The translations under genes were made by a program, and so were the position numbers. From assembly GCA_037447605.1 (NCBI GenBank), contig CM074810.1:3320880-3384879 (forward strand): a stretch of DNA of 64,000 bases, in the 5' to 3' direction. The notes below the pieces were generated by a model, which saw nothing but the letters and a program-made list of their open reading frames with translations, had not been told where the DNA came from and did not search any database. Positions 47,501 to 64,000 of the stretch are shown one piece after another; position 1 is the first letter of the stretch, and every line of letters begins with the position of its first letter. This stretch comes from Zygnema circumcarinatum SAG 698-1b. Its lineage: Eukaryota; Plantae; Zygnematophyceae.

Positions 47501-49158
47501 AACCTCAACTACCCTATGTGCGAACATTTCAAAACCCAAAATCCAAGTCTTTTTGTAGCTATAAGTGGGAAAACTTGGTTTGTCGGCAGATATGCTTTGG
47601 TCGGTACAACAGTTCTGGAGATTTTACAAGAGCTTGGAGTGAGAGGAGGGTTTTTTCGCCATATGGCGGAACAGCTCGGCTGCTGGTTGGCAGTGGGCCG
47701 CCCCAAAGAAAAGCCTCCAATGTGAGTAGAAAAATCAAAAACCGGAAGTTGAACCTGAATTGAGCCGAGAGAGAGAGAGAGAGAGAGGGAGGAGGGAGGG
47801 GAGGGGAGGGAGGGGAGGGAGGGAGGGAGGGAGGGGAGGGAGGGAGGGGGAGGGGGAGGGGGGGAGGGGGGGAGGGGGGGAGGGTGTGAGGGCGGGAGGG
47901 GGAGAGGGGGAGAGGGGAGGAGGGGGAGGGGGAGGAGGGAGGGGGAGGGGGAGGAGGGGGAGGGGGGAGGAGGGAGGAGGGGGGAGGGGGAGGGGGAGGG
48001 GGAGGGGGAGGAGGGAGGAGGGGGAGGGGGAGGAGGGGGAGGGGGAGAAGGGGAGGGGGAGGGGGAGGGGGATGGGGGGAGGGAGGGAGGGAGGGGGAGG
48101 GGGGGAGGGGAGAGAGAGATGGAGAAGTCTGGCTGAACTCAAACTCTTATCCTCTTTTGTGCCCATCGACTCACTATTTGGGGAAAATTTTGTTTGATTT
48201 GGGTTTATTTATTTATTTATTTTTATTTTTTTTGGATTTGGGTTTTGGAGCAGGGAGGTGCCTGTATGGAGCCGCCAGCTGGCGCCCTTTCAGGAGGGGT
48301 CGGTGGTCCAGCATGCAGGGAGGCTCTACGTGGCACTCAGACCTGCCACGCTGGCACAGCCCTCCTCGCTGCCTACCTTCCTTTTCTATGTAAGCCTGCT
48401 TCAGTTTCAGTTTCAGTTTCAGTTTCAGGTTCAATTTCAGGTTCAGGTTCAGTTTCAGTTTCAGTGTCGATGTTGATTTGGGTTTTTTAAGGTTGCTGTT
48501 TCCAAAGGAAGCTGCTTACGCCCTACCTAGACTTCCAGATTCGTGGCAGCTATAACGGAGATATGACGATGAAGCTATGAAGTTTATGAAGTTCACTTAC
48601 GAAATTCAGTTATGATGTCTATCGATTAATTCAGTTAGGACTTATGCCTCTGCAGGTGTTGAAGGACGAGCCTCTGTTGGCCCACAATTGGCTCATTGCT
48701 GTGCAGCTCTGTGTGGCGGTGAGTGGGCTCACACGTGTGGCTGCGCGCATTCGTTGTTGCTTCACATGGGGGGGAGAAGGGAGTGGAGAGAGGATAGGGA
48801 GCGAGGAGGGAGAGAAGAGAGAAGAGAGTGGAGAGAGGAGAGAAGGGAGTGAGGGAGAGGAGGGGAAGAGCAGAGGAGGGAGTGAGCGAGGAGAGAGGAA
48901 AAGGAGAGAAGGGAATACAGAGAAGAGCGGATGAGAGGAGAGGAGGGAGTGCAGAGTGGACAGAGGAGAAGAGCCAAGGAAGTGCAGAGAGGAATGGAGG
49001 AAGGAGATGGCATACCTGGACATGATTCTCTCTCTTCTTTCTCTCTCTCTCTCCCTCTCTCTCTCTCTTTCTCTCTGTCTCTCTCCCTCTCTCTCTCTCT
49101 CTCCCTCTTTCTCCCTCTCTCTCCCTCTCCCTGCCTCTCCTTCTCTCCCCCCCTCCCC

Positions 49159-49204
<46 letters not shown>

Positions 49205-49605
49205 NNNNNNNNNNTCTCTCTCTCTCTCTCTCTCCCCCCTCTCTCTCTCTCTCCCCCTCCCTCTCTCCTCTCTCTCTCTCTCTCGCCCTCTCTCCCTCGT
49301 CCCTCCCTTTATTCTTGTCCTTTCTGAGGGGGGCCCTCCTCCTGCAGGTCTCCCAGCTCCTCCTTGTGAGCGCCTCTCGGTGGTGGAAGGGCTACGCGGC
49401 GATGGCGATGCTGAGCCACCATCTGCTCTTCCTCTGCCTGCTTGCGCGCAGGCAGTGTCGGAGAGACTGCCCGGAGAGGGAGAGGGAGAGGGAGAGGGAG
49501 CAGGGGAGAGCAGCGGCAGAGGGGAGGGAGGGAGGGAGGGAGAGGGAGGGAGGGAGGGAGGGGGGGGGAAGGGGGGGGAAGTCCTTGGGGCCATCGCACG
49601 GCTAA
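44508..49605 (+). CDS. TMEM39: TMEM39-family membrane protein (9 exons, ~503 aa)
   Basis: Exons 44508-44747, 46070-46255, 46413-46501, 46805-47165, 47379-47425, 47590-47721, 48254-48389, 48656-48718, 49348-49605; 1512 nt in frame. Segments match recalled TMEM39 motifs: KDILLESILSAYLVGVLPL, QHLYYN, MAEQLGCW, W....FQEGSVVQHAGRLYVA...A.PS...FLFY. Confidence 0.83.
44780..45140 (+). repeat. Degenerate GGGTTA-rich telomere-like tract in TMEM39 intron 1
   Basis: Many gggttag / ggttagggtt / tttagggttt units on the sense strand. Confidence 0.7.
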
Positions 49606-50943
49606 GCGCTTTGATTTAGTCAAAGTAAAATAAAGAGCAAAAGTGTGTGTGGTTTTGCTTGTCTTCCCCCTCTCTCTGCTCTATCTCCACCTTTCTCTCG
49701 CCCTCTCTACCTTGCTTCCTCCCCCTCTATCTCTCCCTCTCTCTCCCTCAGTATCTCCGTCTCCGTCTCCCACTTCCCTCTCCCTCTCGCCCTCCCTCTT
49801 CTCGCTCAGTGTTTCGCCCTCTCCCCTCTCCTTCTATCCCTCTCTCCCTTAGTGTCTCCCACGCTCCTCTCCCTTGATGTCTTACCTCCCTCCACTCCCT
49901 CTGTCTCCCTCACTCTCTCCCTCGGTGTCTTCTTCTTTCTCTTCCACTCTCCCTCCTTCCCCTCTCTAGTTGGCTTCCTCTCTCTCCTTCTCTACATCCC
50001 CTTTGGTGTCTCCCCCTCTTTCGCCCGTCTCGCCCTGTCTCTCGCTCTCTTCCTTCTCTCCATCCCGCCCTCCCTCCTGTCCCTCGGACTCTCCCCCACT
50101 CTTTCCCTACCAGGTGAGTTGGGGGGGGGGGGAGGGGGCTTTGAAAGTTTCATATCCACTTGGTGTTCTTGAGAGCCGAAAGAACCACGCGTGCTTTAGA
50201 GGGGGCGGAGATGAGGACCGTACAACCGACCACTCTGCGATGTTAAGTTGTGAGCCAAATGCAGAGTGTTAATTGCGCATGGACTGAACCACCAAACGGT
50301 AGCACGACAAAGTCTTGTTTAACAATCTTAGGACCTCTAGTCCCTTTGCTTCACACTATTCCTTTACAACAACAACAACAACAAAAACAACAACTCGGAC
50401 ATCCTGTTTTTCGACTTCACTTCCATTCGATTCCACAGATCCCACATCGTCATTGGTCCATGCCATCACATGCATGCTTGCGTGACATGTTGCATGTAGT
50501 GGCTACTAAATCGTGACGAATGTGGTTCTTGTTCCCTAACAGCCATGGACCGAACCTCTTAGCAAAAGTTGTACTGTGACTATGACTATGACTATGCATG
50601 CATGGCTGCAGCCCTCTGTCCGTACAGCGTCCGGCGCCAACAGAGTCTAGAACCTTCTAAGACGCGGCCTCTTCTTCGCAGGCCCTGCGAGAGTCGCTGC
50701 TTTAGCTTCTCTTCCACTCTCTCTTTATCACTCTCTCGCTCGTCGCTGTCTTTCTCTCTACTGAATTTTCTCTCCCTCTCTTTCTTCTCCAGAGAACGTC
50801 TGAGACTGCACCTGCTTAATAAGCTGCTGTCTCCCGAAAGGCATTTCATATTTTGTTGCGGCCTTGTTGGCGCTTTTGGATCTCGGTTGCGGTTCAGACA
50901 TTAGGGTTGAGCTTGAGGGAGTGGTTGGAGACGCAGCAGAGAC

Positions 50944-53788
<2,845 letters not shown>

Positions 53789-55079
53789 GCGAGAGAATGA
53801 ACATTGCTTCCGCGGAGTGAACTGAGCGGCCCCTCCTTGTGGGAGGGAGGGAGTGAGAGAGAGGGGGGAGACGGCATTCTGTGCAGCATGCTCTCTCTCT
53901 CCCCTCTGCTACCGTGAGCTTGAACTGCATTAGGGTTGAGAACAAGCAGCTGTAGGTTCGCTTCTTGAGGATGTCTTCATTTTTCGAATTAAAAAAATGT
54001 TTTGAGGATTCTCTCAACATTTCAAAGGTAAAGAATGCTTCTTGGGGATCAGGTTCTGTGTCTATGTGTTCTCCGTTGACGATCTATAGCCTCCTGGGTT
54101 CTATGTATGGAACTGTCATTACCTGTTGGATGGGACGGTTCGGGGTCTGTAACATGCGCTGACTTTCTTTGTGGTGTGTTCACTGGATGCGTCATGGGAC
54201 AAGATTGTGTTGAAGGTTTCCTAGTGGTGAAGGGATGGCCGCCTTGTCTATGTTAGTTGAGGGTGCTAGGGAGTCATCAATGTTTGGATAAATCGTAGTC
54301 CAACGTGATGTTCGCTTTGTTCTTAGAAACCACTTTACTTTCCTGAACGAGCACACATACCATGTCTGGGAAAGACAGAGGTAGACCATAGCCACACCAG
54401 GCCACTTATGCAAAATCTTCGTCAAACTTTGATAAGTTCAATGCTTCACGTCGAATGATACTACCTAAGAATTGCTAAAATTCCACTCGGCTAATCGACC
54501 TTCAGGACCTAACTGTTTAACTCGTGGTTCTTTCCAAGGTAAAGTAGCAAAACATCATGGCAATAAAACAAGGGCGGCCACAGTGGGAGTGCTCATCATG
54601 ACAACATGAGCTATGCTCACGCCCCTTCAGTGTTGGATTAGCAGCAGCCACTAACCTTTTTTTCCTGGGCCTAAAGACTCAAATAGACATGGCCATTTGC
54701 TCAGCGCCTCTCGCACTATCACCTATACTCTGAGTTGATGTAAGACCTTGACTACAAATGGACCGCTTAGCCGAGGGAGGAGGGCGTGTTGAAACGAGCG
54801 ATGAGTGTGAGGATCTGAGAAAGAGAGTGAAAGGGAAGGAGGCAGGGAGGGAGGGAAGGATAGGGGCAAGGAGGGGGGGGGGAGACAGAGAGTTTGTGAG
54901 AGAGAGAGAGGAGGGCGGAGGGGGGTGAACACTAAAGCACTATCCACAACTCAAAGATGGATATTGCCAATGAACAAAACAGCAGTGGCGGTTGCAGAGA
55001 CCCTTCCATCTCCCTTCCTAACTGAAGCTCCCTGTGCAAAGTATGAGGGGAGGCAAAGGAATAATACATCGAAAGGGCC

Positions 55080-55796
55080 TCAAATATGCGACTCTCCGAA
55101 TGGTGTGCCTCTCCGGGAAGACGCAGCCAATGGCTGCTGCTGTGCCTCTCTGGTATTTTCTCCCCTTAGCCACCTGGTGCCGCAGTTGTGCACCACCGTC
55201 CACCGCAGAAGCCTCTCATCCTTGTTGAGGTACAACATGTCTTTTGGAAAGCTGGGAGCCGCCATGACAGTCATCTGCAGCATCTGCCCCTGCACCCCTC
55301 CTCCATGCACAATTTTTCTCTGCTTTAAAATCTCTGTGTCTCATTTAAATTTGACGAAGAATTCGACATTCAGCAGCTTTGAAAATCCCTGTGTCTCACT
55401 AAAGCTTGATGAAGAATCAGACTCTCAGCAGCTCTAAATCTCTATGTCGCATTAAAAATTGGCGAAGAATCAGACATTTAGCAGCCAAACTTCTACACAA
55501 CATCAGACAAGAAATCAGAATATAAAGGGCTTGAACATAAAGGTGCAGACAGAGGGGGAGAAGTGAAGGGTCAGTCAATAAATACTCAAAACAGGCATTT
55601 CTGCAAGGCACACCTCCTTATGGCGGCCGTCCCTCTTCTTGATTTCATATGCTAAAGCCATGTTCCCGAACGACTTCACATCTGTTACAACTCCCTTCTC
55701 TGAATAAACTCGCTGCGCCACAGTCTTAAGCACGTCCACGATTTCTCGTTGTTGGGCTCTCGCTTTCAACATCACCACAAGGTCGTACAACGGCAT
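55080..55796 (-). CDS. MRPS6: Ribosomal protein bS6, mitochondrial type (2 exons, 130 aa)
   Basis: Exons 55796-55614 and 55289-55080. MPLYD...GVVTDVKSFG..ALAYEIKKRDGRH.EGQMLQ...YLNKDERLLRW. Confidence 0.92.
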
Positions 55797-56429
55797 GGCG
55801 GCTGTCGATGCAGAATTAGGGTTACCGTGGAGGAGTCAAGGATGTCAACGTTTTAGGGTTCAGGATGCACCCTGCACTTGCTGACATTAAAAGGGTTTCA
55901 ACAACGGTTCCATAAATGGCGTTTTTTGAAAACAACAAGGACGGAAACTGCGTTGCTGCTTTACTGCAGAAGGAGAGGACATTATATAAATTTCGCAGCA
56001 AAAAAGCAAAATAAATCGACTGATGTTTTCGTATAAATATGTGTTTGCGTCAATCTCTGAAACCATCGCAGCTTGGAGTTGAAGCAGACTACATTTGCTC
56101 GCTAATGTTAGGGTTATTTTTTTTATGCTTTAAATTCAACGCATCCTCTGTCCATCTCAAGCAAGAATGTCTAAGCTCACCGTGCTGTGAAAATTGAAGG
56201 AGGGAGCCCTCCTCCTTCCTCCCTCCACCCTTCAGTCTCCCTCTCTCTCTCTCTTTCTCTCTCTCTCTCTTTCTCGCTATCTCTCCCTTCCTCCCGCCCT
56301 CCCTCCTACGCGAGCAGTGGGCAATGAGCCACAGAGGGAGGAAACCACGAGGGGATTTAGCTCCGTCTCTCCGGAACTGTGCGATAGAGTTCGGTATATC
56401 GCAAACTGGCTGCAATTGAGATACCGGAA

Positions 56430-56740
56430 ATGACACTACGATACGATACGGTATATATCTCACACGATATGACACGATACACACCTCATACGAAACAATA
56501 CGATACATCTCTTACAATTACGATACGATACATTTCTCACACGATATAACACGATACATATTTATTACGATACGATATGATAATGTAATTCGAAATCACA
56601 ACGATTTTTATCGTAACCCAATTCAGTACAATATCGGATGACTCCCGATATATCTCAAATGGTATCAGTACGGTATACAATTGAGGCAATACGATACGAA
56701 ACTCGATTCATAATAGATTACCGTGGCCAATACGATATCG
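56430..56740. repeat. AT-rich degenerate (CGATA)n tract
   Basis: acgatacgatac-type units immediately upstream of the ATG at 56780. Confidence 0.8.
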
Positions 56741-56779
56741 GCTCTGGAGAGGACGCTAGGGAGGGAGGAGCTGCAGGCC

Positions 56780-59700
56780 ATGGCGGCCATGGATGCGGCG
56801 CTGGCGCAGGAGGTGAGCGTGCAGGGGAGGGGAGTGCTAAGGATGAATGGAATGTTGGCTGAAATGTAAATTTTAAAATAGAATTTACCACTTCGCTTTG
56901 CCCGACTCCCTCCCTCGCCATCTCCCGCAACTTCTCCTTCCCCCTCCTCGCCCTCTCAATATGCAATTCCCTCTCCTTCCAATACTTCACTCTCTAATTT
57001 TCCGTCCCTCCTCTCGCACTTCTCCCCTTCCCTTCCATCGCTCCCTCTCGCTCACTTCCCCGGCCCGTCCACTTCTCCTCCCCCTCTCCCTCCCCTCTAT
57101 CTCTCCCCTCTCTCTCTCTCTCTCTCGCTTTATTGAGTCCTTAATCTTCTCTCCCCACTGCAGGTTGCGGATGCTCTTTGCTGCTCACCCTCCCTCTCAC
57201 AGAAGGAGCTCTGCAGCGCCATACCTGGTCAGCGCCCTTCGTTTTCCTAGCTGCTTTCTCATTCTGTTGGAAAAACAATATGTGATGTATGAACCGTCCT
57301 GCAGTCTCAGTTTTTTTCAAATGCAAGCCTCCTCGTCTTGGAATCATCTCTCCCCTTTTTTTTTTTTCTACTTTTATTTGTCCAATGTGAATTCATTCTC
57401 TGTTGGGTGCTTTTATTCTCACCAGTAGGACCTGCACGGTTTTCTGTTAAAAATCCGGGGACAAAAGAGAAAAAAAAGGATAATAAAAATCCCGAAGCTG
57501 TGCCGCTCCATGTGAGTTAAATTTGCGTTGAATTAGCTACTTAAGAAGTATAGAAAGAGATAGAATAAATAAGAGTGGGAAAAATTAGAAGTTTAAGCCT
57601 TTCATGGTTTTCAGTTACATTCTTTGAAAGTTTCCGCACTGAACCCTGAAGCATATCCTGACATGTTCTCCGAAATCCTCCTTCTCTCTTTCTCGTTCTC
57701 TCTCCTTTCTCTTTTCCCCTCTCTCTGTCTCCCTCCCTCGTCCGCTCTCTCTCCATCTCTCTCTCTCCCCCTTTCCCCCCCCTCTCTCTCTCACTCTCTC
57801 TCTATCTATCTAAGGGTGGGAAAGAACCTGGTTGGAAGATGAGACGCCCGAGGACTACGATACGGAGTTGAGGCGAAAGACTTCGTCTAAATTAGGCCAA
57901 GATGATGTCTCTCTCTCTCTTCTCACTCTCTCCATCTCTCCCACTCACTCCGTTTCCCCCCTTTTTGTTTGTCTCTATCTTTTTCAATCGCGCCCTCCCC
58001 TTTTTTTCTCATCTCCTTCTCTCACTCTCTCCTGCCCTCTCTCTCCCTCCCTCTCTCCCTCCGCTCACTCTCGTCCGCCTTCCCCCTGCTTTATTTGTCT
58101 CCCTTTTTTCACTCTCGCACTCCCCGCCTCTTTCCTTCTCCCTTTCTCTCGTTTTCTCACTCTCTCCTCCCCCTCCATCTCTCTCCCTGCCTTCCCTGAC
58201 TTTGTTCCCTTCTTCTCTCTCGCGCTCTCTTCCTGTTTCTCTCTCTCGCTCCCTCCCTCCCTCCCTCCCCCACTTTCTCTATTTCTCTCTCTTTTCCACT
58301 CTCGCCCTCTCCTGTTTTTCCTTCTTCTTTCTTTCTTTCTCTCTCACCCTCTCACTCTCCTCTCCCCCTCTCTCTCAACATTCCCTTTTCCCTATACACA
58401 CCACTCGCTCTCTCCACTTCCATAAACTACCAAAAAGTGGGTAGTTTCTTTTTCTGATTTTTTCTTTTTTTGGCAATTTTGTGAGAATGCAGAAGGAGGT
58501 CAGTAACGAATGCTGGGAACCTGAGTGCATAGAAACGCCGGTCTTTGCAAGCTCTCCGGATTCTCCTTCTGAAGCGAACAAAGTCGCTTTTGCCCAAGCC
58601 TTTGCCTTTCTTTCCTCTTCCAATAATCCTGCAAAGAGTTCGCAGGTGGAGCCTTCCGAATATCCCGATACCGAGGGTTGCAGGTGATCCTAACGTTCAA
58701 TATCATCTGTGTAAAACTTTTCGATTTTAGGACTGAGGGCGTGTGCGGTTGTGGGACACATGTCACGTATGTCAAAGAAAACCCACCTTTTGTTTTTTTT
58801 CTTTTTTAAATTTGCAGTGTTTTTGGGGCTGCTCCGTCTATTCGTGTTTGTTTTTCATGTCTTTGACGTTTTTGGGATTTGCAGAACATACACTATGAGT
58901 GATCAGCCATTCACTCAGCCTCCAGATCCTGATCTAGATGCAGATGCAGATATAGATGGAGATGAAACTGAAGATATAGATGGAGATACTATAGATCCAT
59001 ATGCAGATTTAAATTTGGATATATGTGATGATGTAGAAGAACATGCCGATGTAAATGTTGATGTAGATGCAGCAAACAGAGAGGGGGATGCAGATGTAGA
59101 TGTAGATGTGGAGGGAGATATGGATGGTCCCAATGTGGGAGAGCCCTTTGGTAAAGGATCTTCACTGCAAAACGAGGCTCTCTCTCGCGAAGTCGGTGGC
59201 GGGAGACCTGTGGGAGAGGGGTTGGAAACCACTCGTGAGGGGGTGGCTCCTGGAGAGTCTGCAAAGACTAATGTATGGATATAACTTTGGCAACCCTAAA
59301 ATACCGCAAGGGCTAGATTTGGAGGGTGTGACTGGGGATTTACTTTCTGCAGTAGAGGTGAGAGAAAGGGAGGTGAAAGAGAGGTGAGGGAGAGGTGAGA
59401 GGGGGGACGTAAGAAAAGTGAGAGAGAGAGGTGAGAGGTGCGAAGGAGGGGTGAGAGTGAGAGGTGAGAGAAGGAGGTGAGGGAGAGGTGTGAGAGGTGA
59501 GCTGTGAAGTAGAGGTGAAAGGAAGTGTTGAGAGAGAGGTGTGAGAGAGTTGAGACGTGCGAAAGAGGTGAGAGAATGCTTGATAACTTATCTCCCATGT
59601 CATTGTCTATGGGAAGCTCGAAGCCTTAAGTGACACGAAGTACGAGATGATGCCCTTTTGCAGGAGAAGGAGAGGAAGGAGCCGACCCTTCCAAGCAGGA

Positions 59701-59915
59701 AAAGACCGGAGATGGAGGGCCAATCTGAGGCAGCGGGGGAGAGGGGGCGCAAGAAAAAGTATCCGCAGACGGTAAGGGAAGCTCTCAGTCTGCTCTCCAG
59801 ACCGCTGAACGAGCCGGCCCCTTACTTGTCTCTCCTCGATATGGCGAAGAGGAAGGGAGTGGAGCTGCCCTGTCCCCTTCACTTTAGGACCAAGGAGGGC
59901 GGCTATACTTTGTGA
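56780..59915 (+). CDS. Uncharacterised protein with an Asp-rich region and a conserved-looking C-terminal motif
   Basis: Likely exons 56780-56812, 57164-57227, ~57429-57511, [one phase-adjusting exon not located], 57815-57906, 58493-58683, 58885-59272, 59664-59915. The C-terminus SLLDMAKRKGVELPCP resembles, from memory, a plant SLL..A...G..FP.P motif; unverified. Confidence 0.6.
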
Positions 59916-60850
59916 GGCTTGTAGGCGAAGGAGAGAAGAGAGAGGCAGAGGATAACCTTCACGAATGGCCTGAGGGGGTCCTTGAAGTAGGCCTGAAGTA
60001 ACGATAGAAGGGGGGTGCGGCAGGATTTTTAGGGATTTCAGGGATTATGGGTTTTTGGGGTTGTTCGTTTATGTAAATAGGTTGAGGCTGCTCTAAGCAA
60101 AAAGCTGGAGATCATGTTTTGGGGGCTCTTAAATTTACTTTATCTGCGTTTGAAGCGTGGTATGTGTTGAAGTGACGTGATAGAGAACAATGGGCAGAGG
60201 GGGAAGGGGTGGTGGGAGATTCAGAATGGGGGGGGGGGAGGAAGAGAGGGGAGCAGAGGGAGAAAGAAAGAGAGGGGAGAGCGAGTGAGGAGAGAGAGCG
60301 AGAGACAACAGACACGAAGCCCAACAGTCACCCACCACCACGGAGGCACCAGAGAAAAACGACAGAGCTCTCCATTCAATAATGGAATCAGTCATCTCCA
60401 AAGCTATATTGGTAATCCGGCACTGGCAGGCATACTATTACAAAAAGCACTCCGAACTTTATCCATCCCTCGTAACCTCAAGGAAAGGGACGAGGAAAAA
60501 CTGCAAATTCATTCTCTCACTCCCTAATGTGGTAGTACTCCCTAGAGCAGAATTCAGGTCCAGGAATGCGAGTCCTGCTCACTCTATGTGAGGCCCCATC
60601 AGACTCCCTGCAAGATAAGAAAAGCCTACCACTTCCTGCTAGTGGGTATACGTCTATGCATGGACAATAGATTGAGTCAGGGTTTCGCTAAACCACGTAG
60701 GAGGCCTCCAACTAACTACATAGATACCCGGCTACCTTTATATAGAAATCAGTGGCTCAGCTATACCGCTTCCGTACCGTAGGCAGAGGGAGAGAGAATT
60801 AGAGGGCGAGTGACAGAGAAAGAGGAGAAAGACAAGTCGAAGTGGAGTGA

Positions 60851-62740
<1,890 letters not shown>

Positions 62741-64000
62741 TCAGAAAAAATTTCGGCATAACGAGTTAAACCGAAATTGAAGGATCACATGAAAAACTGC
62801 CATATCAGTCGTCGATTTTACAAGAAAAGCTGAATGAAATATTCAGATCAAAATAACATCCTAAATTGAAGGATATTCTTTACCTACGCATTAGCGGTAT
62901 ATTTCATGAGTGGGAAGCAGAGTGCCTGGTTTGCGAGGAAAGGAAAGCAAGGAAAGGAAAGGAAAGCGAGGAAAGCGCGAAATTATCGGAGTTTCAAAAA
63001 TGCTGCGACAAATGTGTGGAAGGAATGGCTATATAATCGGTGAACTTGACGATAACGAACATTATTAGTTGTAAATAGGTCACAGTCATGCAGTTCTATC
63101 GGTTTGCTATGCATGTTTTGGATGCTGCAAGCAATAGTAGTCCTGCCAACTATTGGATTTTCCAAACTCTAAACTGACGCAGACTGTTAGGATTCCAAGG
63201 AAAGAGGTTCCAACTGAGCCTAAAATATTCATCATTATACGCACACGATTTTGCATTGCCATGTGAGTTCTGACTCCTCTCTCCCTTTTTTCTGGCATCT
63301 CTATCCATGCCACTTCCCCCTTAACTCTCTCAATGCATTCCGTATCATTACTTCCATGCACTCCATACTTTCCTCTCTTCCCCTCCTCAGTACAGCCGGC
63401 TCATTCTACCGCTCTTTCTCTCTCGTTGCCTCTCCCTTCTGCCGACTCTCCACTTCCCAAGCCCCTTTTTCTTTCCTTTCCCTTTGCATTCTTCCCTTCC
63501 ATCCCCCTCTCTCCAATTGTCTCCACCAAATCTCCCCTATCCCAACGCCCCTTTCCACGGTCCTCCAGCCACTGCAACTGCTCCCTCCCTCTCACTATCC
63601 AACTCTCCCCTTATCCCTCCCATCACCCCTCAATCCTTCCTCCTTCGACACTTTCCATTTACAGTCCATTCCCTTATCTCTTGTCACTTAATGCACTCTA
63701 CTTTCCCGGGCTTCCTAATCATCTCCCTTTACTCCTCCCTCGCCCACACCTCCACATGTCCCTTCCTTCTCTTCCCTAATTAGCCTCTCCCCCCCCCTCC
63801 AGCATTATTTCTCCAGTCAACAACTCACTCAACTGACTTCCATTCGCCTTCCCCTTTCTCTCCTACTTCCCAACGTCCTTTTCCCTCCTTTCTTACTTCC
63901 TCCATTCTCTTCTCTGCTTCCTCCACCCCCCTGCTTCTTCAAATCCTTCCGCTCTCCTTCCCCTCCCCTCATTCCCCCCTGTTTCCTTCCCTTCCGCTCC

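Overview
This is intron-rich eukaryotic nuclear DNA from a streptophyte. A charophyte-grade alga such as a zygnematophyte is my inference from the gene set, the 5S sequence and the telomere-like motifs. Most long six-frame ORFs are artefacts of (CT)n/(GA)n microsatellites, so I rebuilt the genes exon by exon from splice sites and phase. In order: a PHD-finger MS1/MMD1-family gene (-), ARP2 (+), a small signal-peptide LysM protein ending in HEEL (+), a solitary divergent 5S rRNA gene, cytochrome b5-like protein (+), TMEM104-like transporter (-, 5' end lost at a 100-N gap), a head-to-head inverted pair of GH16 genes, TMEM39-like (+), p23 co-chaperone (+), mitochondrial ribosomal protein bS6 (-), an uncharacterised acidic protein (+) and FKF1/ZTL (-, 5' partial). 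The most interesting object is the GH16 gene at 35459-40821. It encodes about 805 aa: signal peptide, acidic 16-aa repeats, a 4-Cys Ala-rich segment, a catalytically dead GH16 domain and an intact EG16-like GH16 domain. The two GH16 domains arose by internal duplication of a three-exon cassette. The gene sits in a ~3.5-kb-arm inverted duplication and has a duplicated terminal exon. The window also holds three non-autonomous DNA-transposon or foldback elements, telomere-like arrays and promoter-proximal GTAC and G-box clusters. All protein identities come from recalled family motifs; no database search was run.
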